A stretch of 47,078 nt of DNA. Origin: Methanobacteriota archaeon. Lineage in GTDB: Archaea > Methanobacteriota_B > Thermococci > Methanofastidiosales > B48-G16. Location of the stretch: the NCBI GenBank assembly GCA_034659995.1, contig JAYEIH010000085.1:1-47078 (forward strand), given 5' to 3'. Under the pieces are notes generated by a model. It saw only the letters and a program-made list of their open reading frames with translations, was not told where the DNA came from and searched no databases. The number at the start of each line of letters is the position of its first letter. Within the stretch, counting starts at the first letter, position 1. Positions 9,872-17,110 of this stretch are shown in pieces. Made by a program: the position numbers and the translations under genes.

Positions 9872-9889
9872 ACCGAAAGGTTTTTAAAT
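9872..9889 (+). promoter_or_regulatory. hsp20 promoter ACCGAAAGGTTTTTAAAT (BRE+TATA)
   Basis: It lies about 45-60 nt upstream of ATG 9933, which has a GAGGTGA Shine-Dalgarno. It matches the regulator promoter read on the other strand at 16 of 18 positions. Confidence 0.45.
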
Positions 9890-9932
9890 GCACAATGACT
9901 ATATAATAGTGAAAAAAAACGAGGTGATAAAA

Positions 9933-10367
9933 ATGGATGTTTTTGATGAGATACGAAGAATGCAAAAAGAGATGGACAGAATGTTCGGTGATCTATGCAC
10001 AAAACCCTCTCTTCCGTCAAGAGAGATTAGGCCCGCCAATTACCGAGAACCACTTCTCGATGTCGTTGACAAGGGAAACGAGCTTCTTGTGCAGGTGGAA
10101 CTTCCCGGTGTCAACAGGAATGATATCGAGTTGAACCTTGATGACGACTCGTTAACTATAAAAACCTCAAAAAAGAACGTAGTAACAGAGGAAAAAGAAG
10201 GGTATTTTTATCAAGAAAGGGACTACGCAGGATACTACCGAACGGTGCCACTGCCGATGAGGGTGAACACTGAGGATGTAAAGGCAAAGTACAACAATGG
10301 CATCCTTGAGATAACACTTCCAAAAATATCGGATGAGGTCTCAAAAAAGAAAATCGAAATAGAATAA
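9933..10367 (+). CDS. hsp20: Small heat-shock protein, Hsp20/alpha-crystallin family
   Basis: MDVFDEIRRMQKEMDRMF...DVVDKGNELLVQVELPGVNRNDIELNLDDDSLTI...AKYNNGILEITLPK is a canonical alpha-crystallin domain. ATG 9933 is preceded by GAGGTGA. Confidence 0.92.
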   Translation: MDVFDEIRRMQKEMDRMFGDLCTKPSLPSREIRPANYREPLLDVVDKGNELLVQVELPGVNRNDIELNLDDDSLTIKTSKKNVVTEEKEGYFYQERDYAGYYRTVPLPMRVNTEDVKAKYNNGILEITLPKISDEVSKKKIEIE

Positions 10368-10373
10368 ATGTCC

Positions 10374-10391
10374 TTTTTTTTTCTTTTTCTT
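10374..10391 (+). terminator. Oligo-T tract (T9 C T5 C TT) after hsp20
   Basis: Archaeal terminators are oligo-T runs. This one starts 7 nt after the hsp20 TAA. It may be leaky, because the next gene starts within 15 nt and has no TATA of its own. Confidence 0.35.
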
Positions 10392-10405
10392 ACCAGGTGA
10401 AAAAA

Positions 10406-11551
10406 ATGGAAAATATACAGGCAAAAGAGGTAGTTTCTGAGAATTTTGAGAAAATTGCATACAACACAAGTATAGGGGACGTAATACGGAAGTTTAGGAA
10501 GAGAAAGGTTCTCTATGCATTCAGAGATAAGGAGTTCAAAGGCGTTCTTCTCGACGGAAATGTGATTCGATCCCGTGTTAATCCTAAAACGAAGATAAAA
10601 AAATTTGTCTCTTCCGTGCCAAAGATCTCTCTGGATACGAATCTGGTAAAGATGTCAAAGCTTATGATAGAAAACAACATTAAGAACCTTCCTGTCTTTG
10701 ATAACGGTACAATGGTAGGGGTTGTTGATCAGGATACGATTCTGAAAAGGGTGATAGGAAAGGAGCTTGGTGAAAAGAGAATCCAGGAAGTAATGACTCA
10801 GGAACTTATTACTGTCCATGAGGATGATGTTCTGGCCAAAATAATAAATATATTTCATGAACACGACATATCTCATCTTCCTGTAGTAAATGACAAAGGG
10901 GAGCTCGTAGGCATTGTAAAGATGTTTGATGTGCTGAGAATGATAGCGGCTCCTCTAAAATCGATCGAGGAAGACTCTTACGTGGGAGAAAAACATTCCC
11001 GGCTTGATACTCCTGCCAAAAAAGTAATGAGTACTAGAACAGAGACAATGAAATACAACGCCAAGATAAGGGAAGTAATAAAAAAAATGCTCTCTACGGA
11101 TGCGACTTACATTATTATAATGGATAAGGAGAATATAGCTGGTATTGTAACGGGAAAGGATCTTCTTGAGAAGATAACGGTTCCTAAAAAGGGAAAAGGC
11201 TTCTATATAACCTTCTCAGGGAAGAAAACGATCCAGGATAAAGAAGAAATGCTTGCAAATCTCGAAAAGGTACTGCAGAAAAACGCCAAGATACTAAAAA
11301 GCGGTGATGTTTTTATCTACTTCAAAAAGCTTAAAGAGACCCCCCATGGTAAAAAGGTCTACAACTGCAGAATAAGACTGGGCACAGAAGGTGGGGTCTT
11401 TGTAGCTAAAGACAATGGATTAAGCCCCCAGGATGCCTTTTACTTGGCCCTGGACCACCTGGAAAGAAGACTGTACCGGCATAAGGATATGATGATGAGC
11501 AGATCGTATAGCAAGGAGTTCCTGAGGAATATCGGTCTATGGGAACATTAA
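10406..11551 (+). CDS. Four-CBS (two Bateman modules) protein fused to a C-terminal HPF/RaiA-like domain
   Basis: The CBS motifs include NLPVFDNGTMVGVVDQDTILKRV, HLPVVNDKGELVGIVKMFDVLRM and IIIMDKENIAGIVTGKDLLEKI. The C-terminus FYITFSGKK...VYNCRIRLGTEGGVFVAKDNGLSPQDAFYLALDHLERRLYRHKD resembles Ribosomal_S30AE/HPF. ATG 10406 is preceded by GGTGA; the alternative is GTG 10397. Confidence 0.7.
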   Translation: MENIQAKEVVSENFEKIAYNTSIGDVIRKFRKRKVLYAFRDKEFKGVLLDGNVIRSRVNPKTKIKKFVSSVPKISLDTNLVKMSKLMIENNIKNLPVFDNGTMVGVVDQDTILKRVIGKELGEKRIQEVMTQELITVHEDDVLAKIINIFHEHDISHLPVVNDKGELVGIVKMFDVLRMIAAPLKSIEEDSYVGEKHSRLDTPAKKVMSTRTETMKYNAKIREVIKKMLSTDATYIIIMDKENIAGIVTGKDLLEKITVPKKGKGFYITFSGKKTIQDKEEMLANLEKVLQKNAKILKSGDVFIYFKKLKETPHGKKVYNCRIRLGTEGGVFVAKDNGLSPQDAFYLALDHLERRLYRHKDMMMSRSYSKEFLRNIGLWEH

Positions 11552-11618
11552 TTTTTATTTTTATATTTTTTATAAGAAAATGGAAAAAGTTAAATACTAT
11601 AGTTTTTAGAGGTATTTA

Positions 11619-11876
11619 ATGGTAAACGATGTATTTGAGTATGGGGAACACGAGTCCGGACAGGTAGAGAAAGGTACTAATGGTCCCATTGAGCCGGAAC
11701 CTTCGTTTTCTTCCTGGACATGGATTATTATGGCCGCGCTCATTGTTCTTGTCGCTGTAACTCTCTTTTGGGAGGAAATAAAGACCATAGGGTTTGCGGC
11801 ACTGTCGTCCATGGGGATCTTCACACTGTTTATTATCTTAAACATTGTCAAATTCTTAAAAAAGAAGAAAAAATAG
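11619..11876 (+). CDS. Small hypothetical membrane protein (two predicted TM helices, poly-K tail)
   Basis: 85 aa. WTWIIMAALIVLVAVTLFW and IGFAALSSMGIFTLFIILNIV are the hydrophobic segments, and the protein ends KKKKK. A GAGGT Shine-Dalgarno precedes the ATG. Confidence 0.45.
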   Translation: MVNDVFEYGEHESGQVEKGTNGPIEPEPSFSSWTWIIMAALIVLVAVTLFWEEIKTIGFAALSSMGIFTLFIILNIVKFLKKKKK

Positions 11877-11930
11877 AACAGAAGATATTTTTATCCTCCT
11901 TCCTATGCCCTTCTGCAAAAACTGAGGCCC

Positions 11931-13369
11931 CTAAAGGGTATCCTTCTCCTTCCTAATAACTACACGCCATTTTTTAACCCATACACCGGGATGGAATACG
12001 ACAAGCACGGGGAATATCTCCAGCCGTCCGATCCACATATTAAAGATGAGCACAAGCTTTGACCAGAAGGAGAGATTGGAGGAGGTAAGCCCCACGGACA
12101 TCCCCACCGTGCCCTCGGCTGAGGCGACCTCAAAGAGCGTATCGGTAAGCGTTGAGCCCTCGATCCAGAGGATGGTCACAGTGGAGAGTGCCAGTATAAC
12201 CAGATATATCACAAAAAAAGCGGCGACAAACTCTGCCTCTTCCTTTTTTATCTTGATGTTCCTGAATCCAAGAGGAATTTTAGCCTCCTTCGGCAGAATT
12301 GATCGAAAGAACACTACACGGACAAATCCAAACAGAATGAGCAGCCGGAATATCTTGATCCCTCCCGCCGTAGAGCCGGTGCTCCCACCGATGACCATGA
12401 GGATCGTTGTCACAAACTTGTCGGCGTCTGATAAGGAAGCGGTAGGAACGGTATTGAATCCCGTGGTCGTTATCGAGGTTGTTGTCTGAAACATACCTGA
12501 GACGACCGAGTGAGGATCGGGGCCAAAGCTGAGAGAAAAGATCACGGTACCACCCAGGAGAAGCAGCAGCAGCGCCTGCACCTGCGTATCTTTAAAAAAG
12601 TTTCCAATGCCTTTCTTTACCGAGATGTAGTACAGCGGGAAGCTCACAGCACCAAGCACCATGAAAAATGAGACGGTAAGGAGATAAGATCGCTGTGATA
12701 ATGTCCAATGCTCTCAGAAAATCGTGAGAACCCGCCCGTAGGGATCGTGGTGAGGATATGGATGAGGCCGTCAAAAGGACCCATGCCTGCAATGAGGTAC
12801 GCAACAAATCCCACAACAGTGAGAATCAGATAGAGCCAGATTATCATCTTTGCCGTGGCTACGACACTGCCGATAATATTCTCCTCTCCGAACTCGGTCT
12901 CATAGAGTCTGAACGCTGCCTTTCCCGGTCTGAGAAGGATAGCGAGTGAGACAATGATAATCCCCATACCGCCCAACCACTGGGAGTATGCCCGAAAAAA
13001 ATGCAGACTGAGAGGGAGTGTAGCTTCCTCTGCCATGGTAAGGCCGGTGGTGGTAAATCCAGAGATAGCCTCGAAAAATCCGTTTATAGGGGGCATTATT
13101 GGAAGAAATGGAAGGGACCCCAGCAAAGCAAAGAGAAGGTATGTGAGCGCCGTTACAATGAGGGCATCGATAAGCTCGAGGTTCATACGCTGGTTCCAGA
13201 GTCTTCTTCCACCGAATCCCACTGCTACGGTAGAGAGAGACAGTGTTCCGAAGATCCATGAGTAGGTGTACTCGTGAAAAACGAGAGATGCAATAAAGGG
13301 GATAGTTAGTACGATCCCAAAAAGTCCTACTGCGCCGGCAAGATGGTAAATAATCACGGTGCCTTTCAC
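11931..13369 (-). pseudogene. trkH: TrkH/KtrB-type K+ transporter membrane subunit, split by a frameshift
   Basis: The N-terminal half is 12644..13369 (GTG start, ...ISGFTTTGLTM...TIPTGGFSRFSESIGHYHSDLI). The C-terminal half is 11931..12662 (...FMVLGAVSFPLYY...TTTGFNT...GSTAGGIKIFR...AEGTVGMSVG). The two are in different frames and overlap by 19 nt. One missing base near 12675-12685 would fuse them. Confidence 0.8.
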
Positions 13370-14075
13370 CGGTCGAATATGCTAATTTAATCTCATCGAG
13401 CTCTACAGACCTCCTTGTTCTCGTAAGTTCCCCAAAGATTTCCTTTATTTTCTCTGCTCTTTCTTCATCCTGAGCAAGAATGAGAAGTGTGTCATTTTCA
13501 TTCAGTTTTGTATTTTCCTGCGGTATATGCGCAATACCTTCGCGTAAAATTCCAATTGGGAGCGTTTTCTCAGGGAATTCTATCTCCTTCACTCTTTTAT
13601 TAGCCATCTCACCCGGCATGATCTCGATCAGCTGAATCCCTTCTTTAATGAGAAGGGAGAAATCCAGGACATTGTGGCCGTGGAGCAGGTTGATAATCTC
13701 CGTTGTTGCCGAGAGCGTTGGTGAGATCACATGGTCAATGCCGATCTCCTGGCAGGTTGTCCTGAGATCGAGCTTGTTGAGCTTCACGATTACCTTCTGA
13801 ATGGTAAACCGCTTTCCGAGAATGGCGATCACCATATTGAGCGTATCTGATTCGGTGGCTGCAATAAGAACATCTGCCTCCTTGGCTCCAGCCTTTTCAA
13901 GGATCGCCGGCTTGGTGCCATCGCCATGAATGACCAATGCATCAATCTCTTGAGAAAGCGCTTCGCACTTTTCTTCGTCCTTATCAATGAGGACAAGCTC
14001 AAATTCGCTGCGGGAAGAAAGCTCTTCGGCCAGCAAAAGTCCCGTGTCACCTATTCCCGTGATAAGTATTCTCAT
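12900..14075 (-). CDS. trkA: TrkA/KtrA-type K+ transport NAD-binding subunit (RCK N+C); the ORF lacks a stop at the expected end
   Basis: MRILITGIGDTGLLLAEEL (Rossmann GxGxxG) runs through ...LILAQDEERAEKIKEIFGEL, about 220 aa (nt ~13415-14075). After that the frame continues about 170 codons as junk-like sequence out of frame across trkH. A TAG at 13403-13405 sits in the +1 frame. Confidence 0.8.
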   Translation of the reverse strand: MRILITGIGDTGLLLAEELSSRSEFELVLIDKDEEKCEALSQEIDALVIHGDGTKPAILEKAGAKEADVLIAATESDTLNMVIAILGKRFTIQKVIVKLNKLDLRTTCQEIGIDHVISPTLSATTEIINLLHGHNVLDFSLLIKEGIQLIEIMPGEMANKRVKEIEFPEKTLPIGILREGIAHIPQENTKLNENDTLLILAQDEERAEKIKEIFGELTRTRRSVELDEIKLAYSTGERHRDYLPSCRRSRTFWDRTNYPLYCISRFSRVHLLMDLRNTVSLYRSSGIRWKKTLEPAYEPRAYRCPHCNGAHIPSLCFAGVPSISSNNAPYKRIFRGYLWIYHHRPYHGRGSYTPSQSAFFSGILPVVGRYGDYHCLTRYPSQTGKGSVQTL

Positions 14076-14268
14076 GATCCGTTCAACTCCATGCTTTCAC
14101 GGTTTTTGCGTATTTTTATATACTGCCTCTTTGCAATAGGTGCATGCGCATCTTTAAAAATCTATCCCAGTTGAAACGTCATGGCACAACCCACCTTTCT
14201 GTTTCCCGAAATTCTGAGAACCCGATCCTCTGTTCAGTCATAAGGTATTTAATTATAACTCCTGCGGT

Positions 14269-14730
14269 ATGTGCATGGATATCACCGATCCGATGACCGG
14301 AGAGTTTCTCGTCAGAATATTTCTATCTGTAGCACTCGGGGCTCTGGTGGGATTTGAAAGAGAGGTTGCCCGCAAGCCTGCGGGCATCCGTACCCATGTC
14401 TTTGTCTGTATGGGTGCGTGCCTGTTTACCCTCTCCTCTTTTTATTTCATACCTGAAGGCCTGGTCTCCGGGGAAACATCAAGCACCGCAGACCTCACCC
14501 GCATAGCTGCCGGCATAGTCACAGGCATTGGATTTATCGGTGCTGGAAGTATCATCGCCACCCGTAGCCATGTGAAAGGGCTGACGACGGCAGCAAGCCT
14601 CTGGGTCGTCTCTTCGATAGGACTGCTGGTAGGACTGGGGGGGTATCTCCTCTCCATCGTCGCCGCTATCATTTCCTTTGTCCTGCTGAGGCTGGGGAAG
14701 GTTGAGAAGGAACTGGAAGAAAAGAAGTGA
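14269..14730 (+). CDS. mgtC: MgtC/SapB family membrane protein
   Basis: RIFLSVALGALVGFEREVARKPAGIRTHVFVCMGACLF...AAGIVTGIGFIGAGSII...VKGLTTAASLWVVSSIGLLVGLG are canonical MgtC N-terminal domain motifs. Confidence 0.85.
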   Translation: MCMDITDPMTGEFLVRIFLSVALGALVGFEREVARKPAGIRTHVFVCMGACLFTLSSFYFIPEGLVSGETSSTADLTRIAAGIVTGIGFIGAGSIIATRSHVKGLTTAASLWVVSSIGLLVGLGGYLLSIVAAIISFVLLRLGKVEKELEEKK

Positions 14731-14781
14731 GAGGCTCTTACTGATGTCTCCCAAACATGGCGTTTCTTACGAATAAAATCG

Positions 14782-14790
14782 TTTTTTTTT
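14782..14790 (+). terminator. T9 run downstream of mgtC
   Basis: An oligo-T tract 52 nt after the mgtC TGA. Assigned from position only. Confidence 0.3.
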
Positions 14791-15206
14791 GAAAAAAGGG
14801 AATTTATATGCGGGGGCTACTGGTTCAATCCAGAGGATTAATACATCCTTTTTCATCGGGGGGGTGAAAAATACCCTCTTGGACTTCGACAGGGGGATGA
14901 GTGAGAGTTTGTTCTGATCTGGATGCTGAAGCATACATCGGAAAACGGACCGATATTGATGGGAAAGTGGCTTTGGTGAGGAAAGAGTAGTTGAATTTTA
15001 CGCTGCCCGGGAAAAGTTCCTGGCTTAGCTGGCAAATCCCAAGAAGCAACTGGATACTTTAATGGGCCGCGGACCTCATTCCAACTTTGCCATTGGTTAT
15101 TACAATTGGAGTGTTTTATCCATCAACTCAACATCAGAAGGCTCAAATCATTGCGGCATGCGATATCATCAAAAGCTATATAAATGGTGTGTTGCATGAG
15201 TAACAC

Positions 15207-15434
15207 ATGGCAGCGAAAACCATGATTCTCAATGTGAGAATAACAGAAAAACAGTATGATGAGTTAGAAAATCTTATTGAACGGGGTGAGTACACCTCAA
15301 AAGCCGAGTTTATTCGAGAAATTTTACGTGAAAAATTTGATGAATTCTCACTCTATCTCCACAAAAAGGCAGAGAAAGACAGAAAAAGCCATATTCCTCT
15401 TGAAAAGTACGGAAGATCACGAGGATTGGAATGA
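15207..15434 (+). CDS. Ribbon-helix-helix (CopG-family) antitoxin
   Basis: LNVRITEKQYDELENLIERGEYTSKAEFIREILREKF is an RHH fold signature. The stop overlaps the toxin start (ATGA). A TATATAAAT box lies about 25-30 nt upstream. Confidence 0.8.
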   Translation: MAAKTMILNVRITEKQYDELENLIERGEYTSKAEFIREILREKFDEFSLYLHKKAEKDRKSHIPLEKYGRSRGLE

Positions 15435-15691
15435 ATTATGCCGTGTTTCTCCATCCAGATGTGGAAAAGTATCTTGACAGCCTCTCACACGATGAGAGAA
15501 AGAGATGTTATAACGGTCTCAAAAATTTATCCACGGATCCCTATACATCTCGATCGGGGTGTGATATTAAGAAAATGAGTGGGGAAAAGGAATTTTATAG
15601 ATTACGAGTAGGAAATCACCGATTTTTGTATCTCATAAAAGAAAACAAACTTTTCATTGAAGAAGGATTTAAACGCGGGAAAGGATACTGA
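15431..15691 (+). CDS. RelE/ParE-family type II toxin
   Basis: 86 aa. ...DIKKMSGEKEFYRLRVGNHRFLYLIKENKLFIE contains the Y-R-(L/I)-R-V-G-x-(Y/H)-R motif typical of RelE/ParE. It is translationally coupled to the RHH gene. Confidence 0.82.
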   Translation: MNYAVFLHPDVEKYLDSLSHDERKRCYNGLKNLSTDPYTSRSGCDIKKMSGEKEFYRLRVGNHRFLYLIKENKLFIEEGFKRGKGY

Positions 15692-16067
15692 ATGTGAAAT
15701 TTGAAAGTATACGCTCTCTGAACAGCAAGAGATGAATCGGATCTTTAGTCTGGGCATGGTTCAATTCCATACGATGTTATTCCCAGAGCAAATACTGTGG
15801 ACACTTAGAGGCATTTTGTGAGGTAGAGAGGTAGAGGATGACTCATGAAAATAACAAAGCAATGGAGGATCCAGAGCGGGGGTGTGGGAGGTGGTGAAAA
15901 CTCTGGAGCCTCCGGTGTGTTATAGATGGCGGAGTTTTATAAATAACTCCTCCTCTTACCCTCTGTTTACTTGCAGACATGTATCGAGGATGGAATGCGA
16001 ACCCTGCACGATATTTGAGTACGGAGGAGTACCAATAAATTAAATAGTAAAAGTATCACTATGGATT

Positions 16068-17110
16068 ATGGCAGTCATCAAGAGAGAAAGTGGTACGAAA
16101 AAAGAGTTTTTGTTAAGAATAAATGATCTTCTTGCAGTGTATACAGTCCAAAATCTAGATGATATTAACCGTTTGAAAAGAGATATTCCACATAAAATAG
16201 AGAAGAAAAAATTAGAAAATGAAAAGAAATTGAGAAGTGAAAAGAAAAAAATTAAAGAAGAATATTGCTTTTTTAAAAAAGGAAATCATAAAAGAAGAAG
16301 AACAGGCTGCAAAAGTAGTAAATCGCATTATAAAAGAAATAGAAAGATCAATTAAAAATTTACGTTGCGATACCAATGAAAGTTCATTATTGGGGCGCCT
16401 AAAAAACTCTCTGAACAACTTAAAGATCGCTTCAGAAAAGGAAAAAAATAGAGAAGTTAAAGTCGTCTAGAAGTAAGTATGTGAAGAAGAGAAGCTTCAA
16501 GTTAAGAAAAAAACTTAAAAATTCCCATGAGGGGTTAAAAAACATTGAAGAAAACTCCCAAGAGTTAATTGACGATACGTTAGAAGATAGGCGTTCTGAT
16601 CTATAGATCATTAGCAACCTTCAAGACCATGGGCTGGCACGTTACTATAAAGGCGCTCTTGGTGAAGAAACTGTCATCTCTATTATTAAGGAAAACTTTG
16701 ATGAAGAATACGTGCTTATCAATGATTTTCAGTTCCACCTCTCAGATCCTGTATGGTATAACGATGCGTGGATCCGAAATGGCCAGCTCGATCACGTACT
16801 GGTCTGTCCCAAGGGAGTATTCGTCATTGAGACAAAAGCATGGAGTAATGAGTATATCAATGAAAGATTTTCAGATGGGGAGTATACACCAATAGATCAG
16901 GTAGAACGAAATGGTTACCTGTTATATAAGTTTTTAAATGGCCATACAAGTTCATACTCGCAAATCAAAGTCAAACAACTATTAATCTCAGCTGATAAAA
17001 AATTACCCGTGCCGAAGGGTTCATACGTAACATCAATAACAGCATCGTACTTAAAAAGATATTTAAAGCAACGCAAAAAGAAATTGAATCGCAAAAAATT
17101 GGGAAGATAG
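16068..17110 (+). pseudogene. Disrupted Lys-rich coiled-coil / NERD-domain gene
   Basis: Coding signal passes through frame 0 (16068-16355), frame 1 (16237-16470) and frame 2 (16481-16603). After an in-frame TAG at 16604-16606 it continues in frame 2 to 17110. The last part reads GLARYYKGALGEETVISIIKENFDEEYVLINDFQF...GQLDHVLVCPKGVFVIETKAW, which is a NERD domain. No ATG is in frame for the NERD N-terminus, and ATG 16629 is off by one base. Confidence 0.6.

Noticed and set aside
12900-13402. The 3' ~170 codons of the 391-aa trkA ORF as a genuine overlapping coding region or TrkA extension
   Set aside because: The translation (…RRSRTFWDRTNYPLYCISRFSRVHLL…) has no domain character, and it lies out of frame over a clearly coding TrkH N-terminus. 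It is best explained by loss of the trkA stop.
14755-15206. Short matches to RNase P RNA conserved regions (GGGUGAAA, GGGAAAGUGGC, CCUGGCUUAGC)
   Set aside because: The matches are imperfect and occur in the wrong 5'-3' order relative to CR-I to CR-V. No supporting helices P1-P4 could be drawn by hand.
14820-15770. T-arm-like motifs CTGGTTCAATCCAG (14820-14833) and ATGGTTCAATTCCAT (15756-15770) flanking the TA module, considered as tRNA fragments
   Set aside because: No acceptor, D or anticodon arms can be folded around either motif. The first has a 6-nt loop. Similarity is limited to GGTTCAAT.
15985-16010. GGATGGAATGCGAACCCTGC resembling the reverse complement of a tRNA T-arm/acceptor (GGGATTTGAACCC type)
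   Set aside because: The putative T-stem halves are not complementary, and no acceptor stem follows.
16604-16606. The in-frame TAG before the NERD domain as a pyrrolysine codon or programmed readthrough
   Set aside because: TAG is used as an ordinary stop by several genes in this window (ORF 11-523, the DUF4097 gene, the UppS-like gene, rpoD). The same gene also has two frameshifts, so decay is the simpler explanation.
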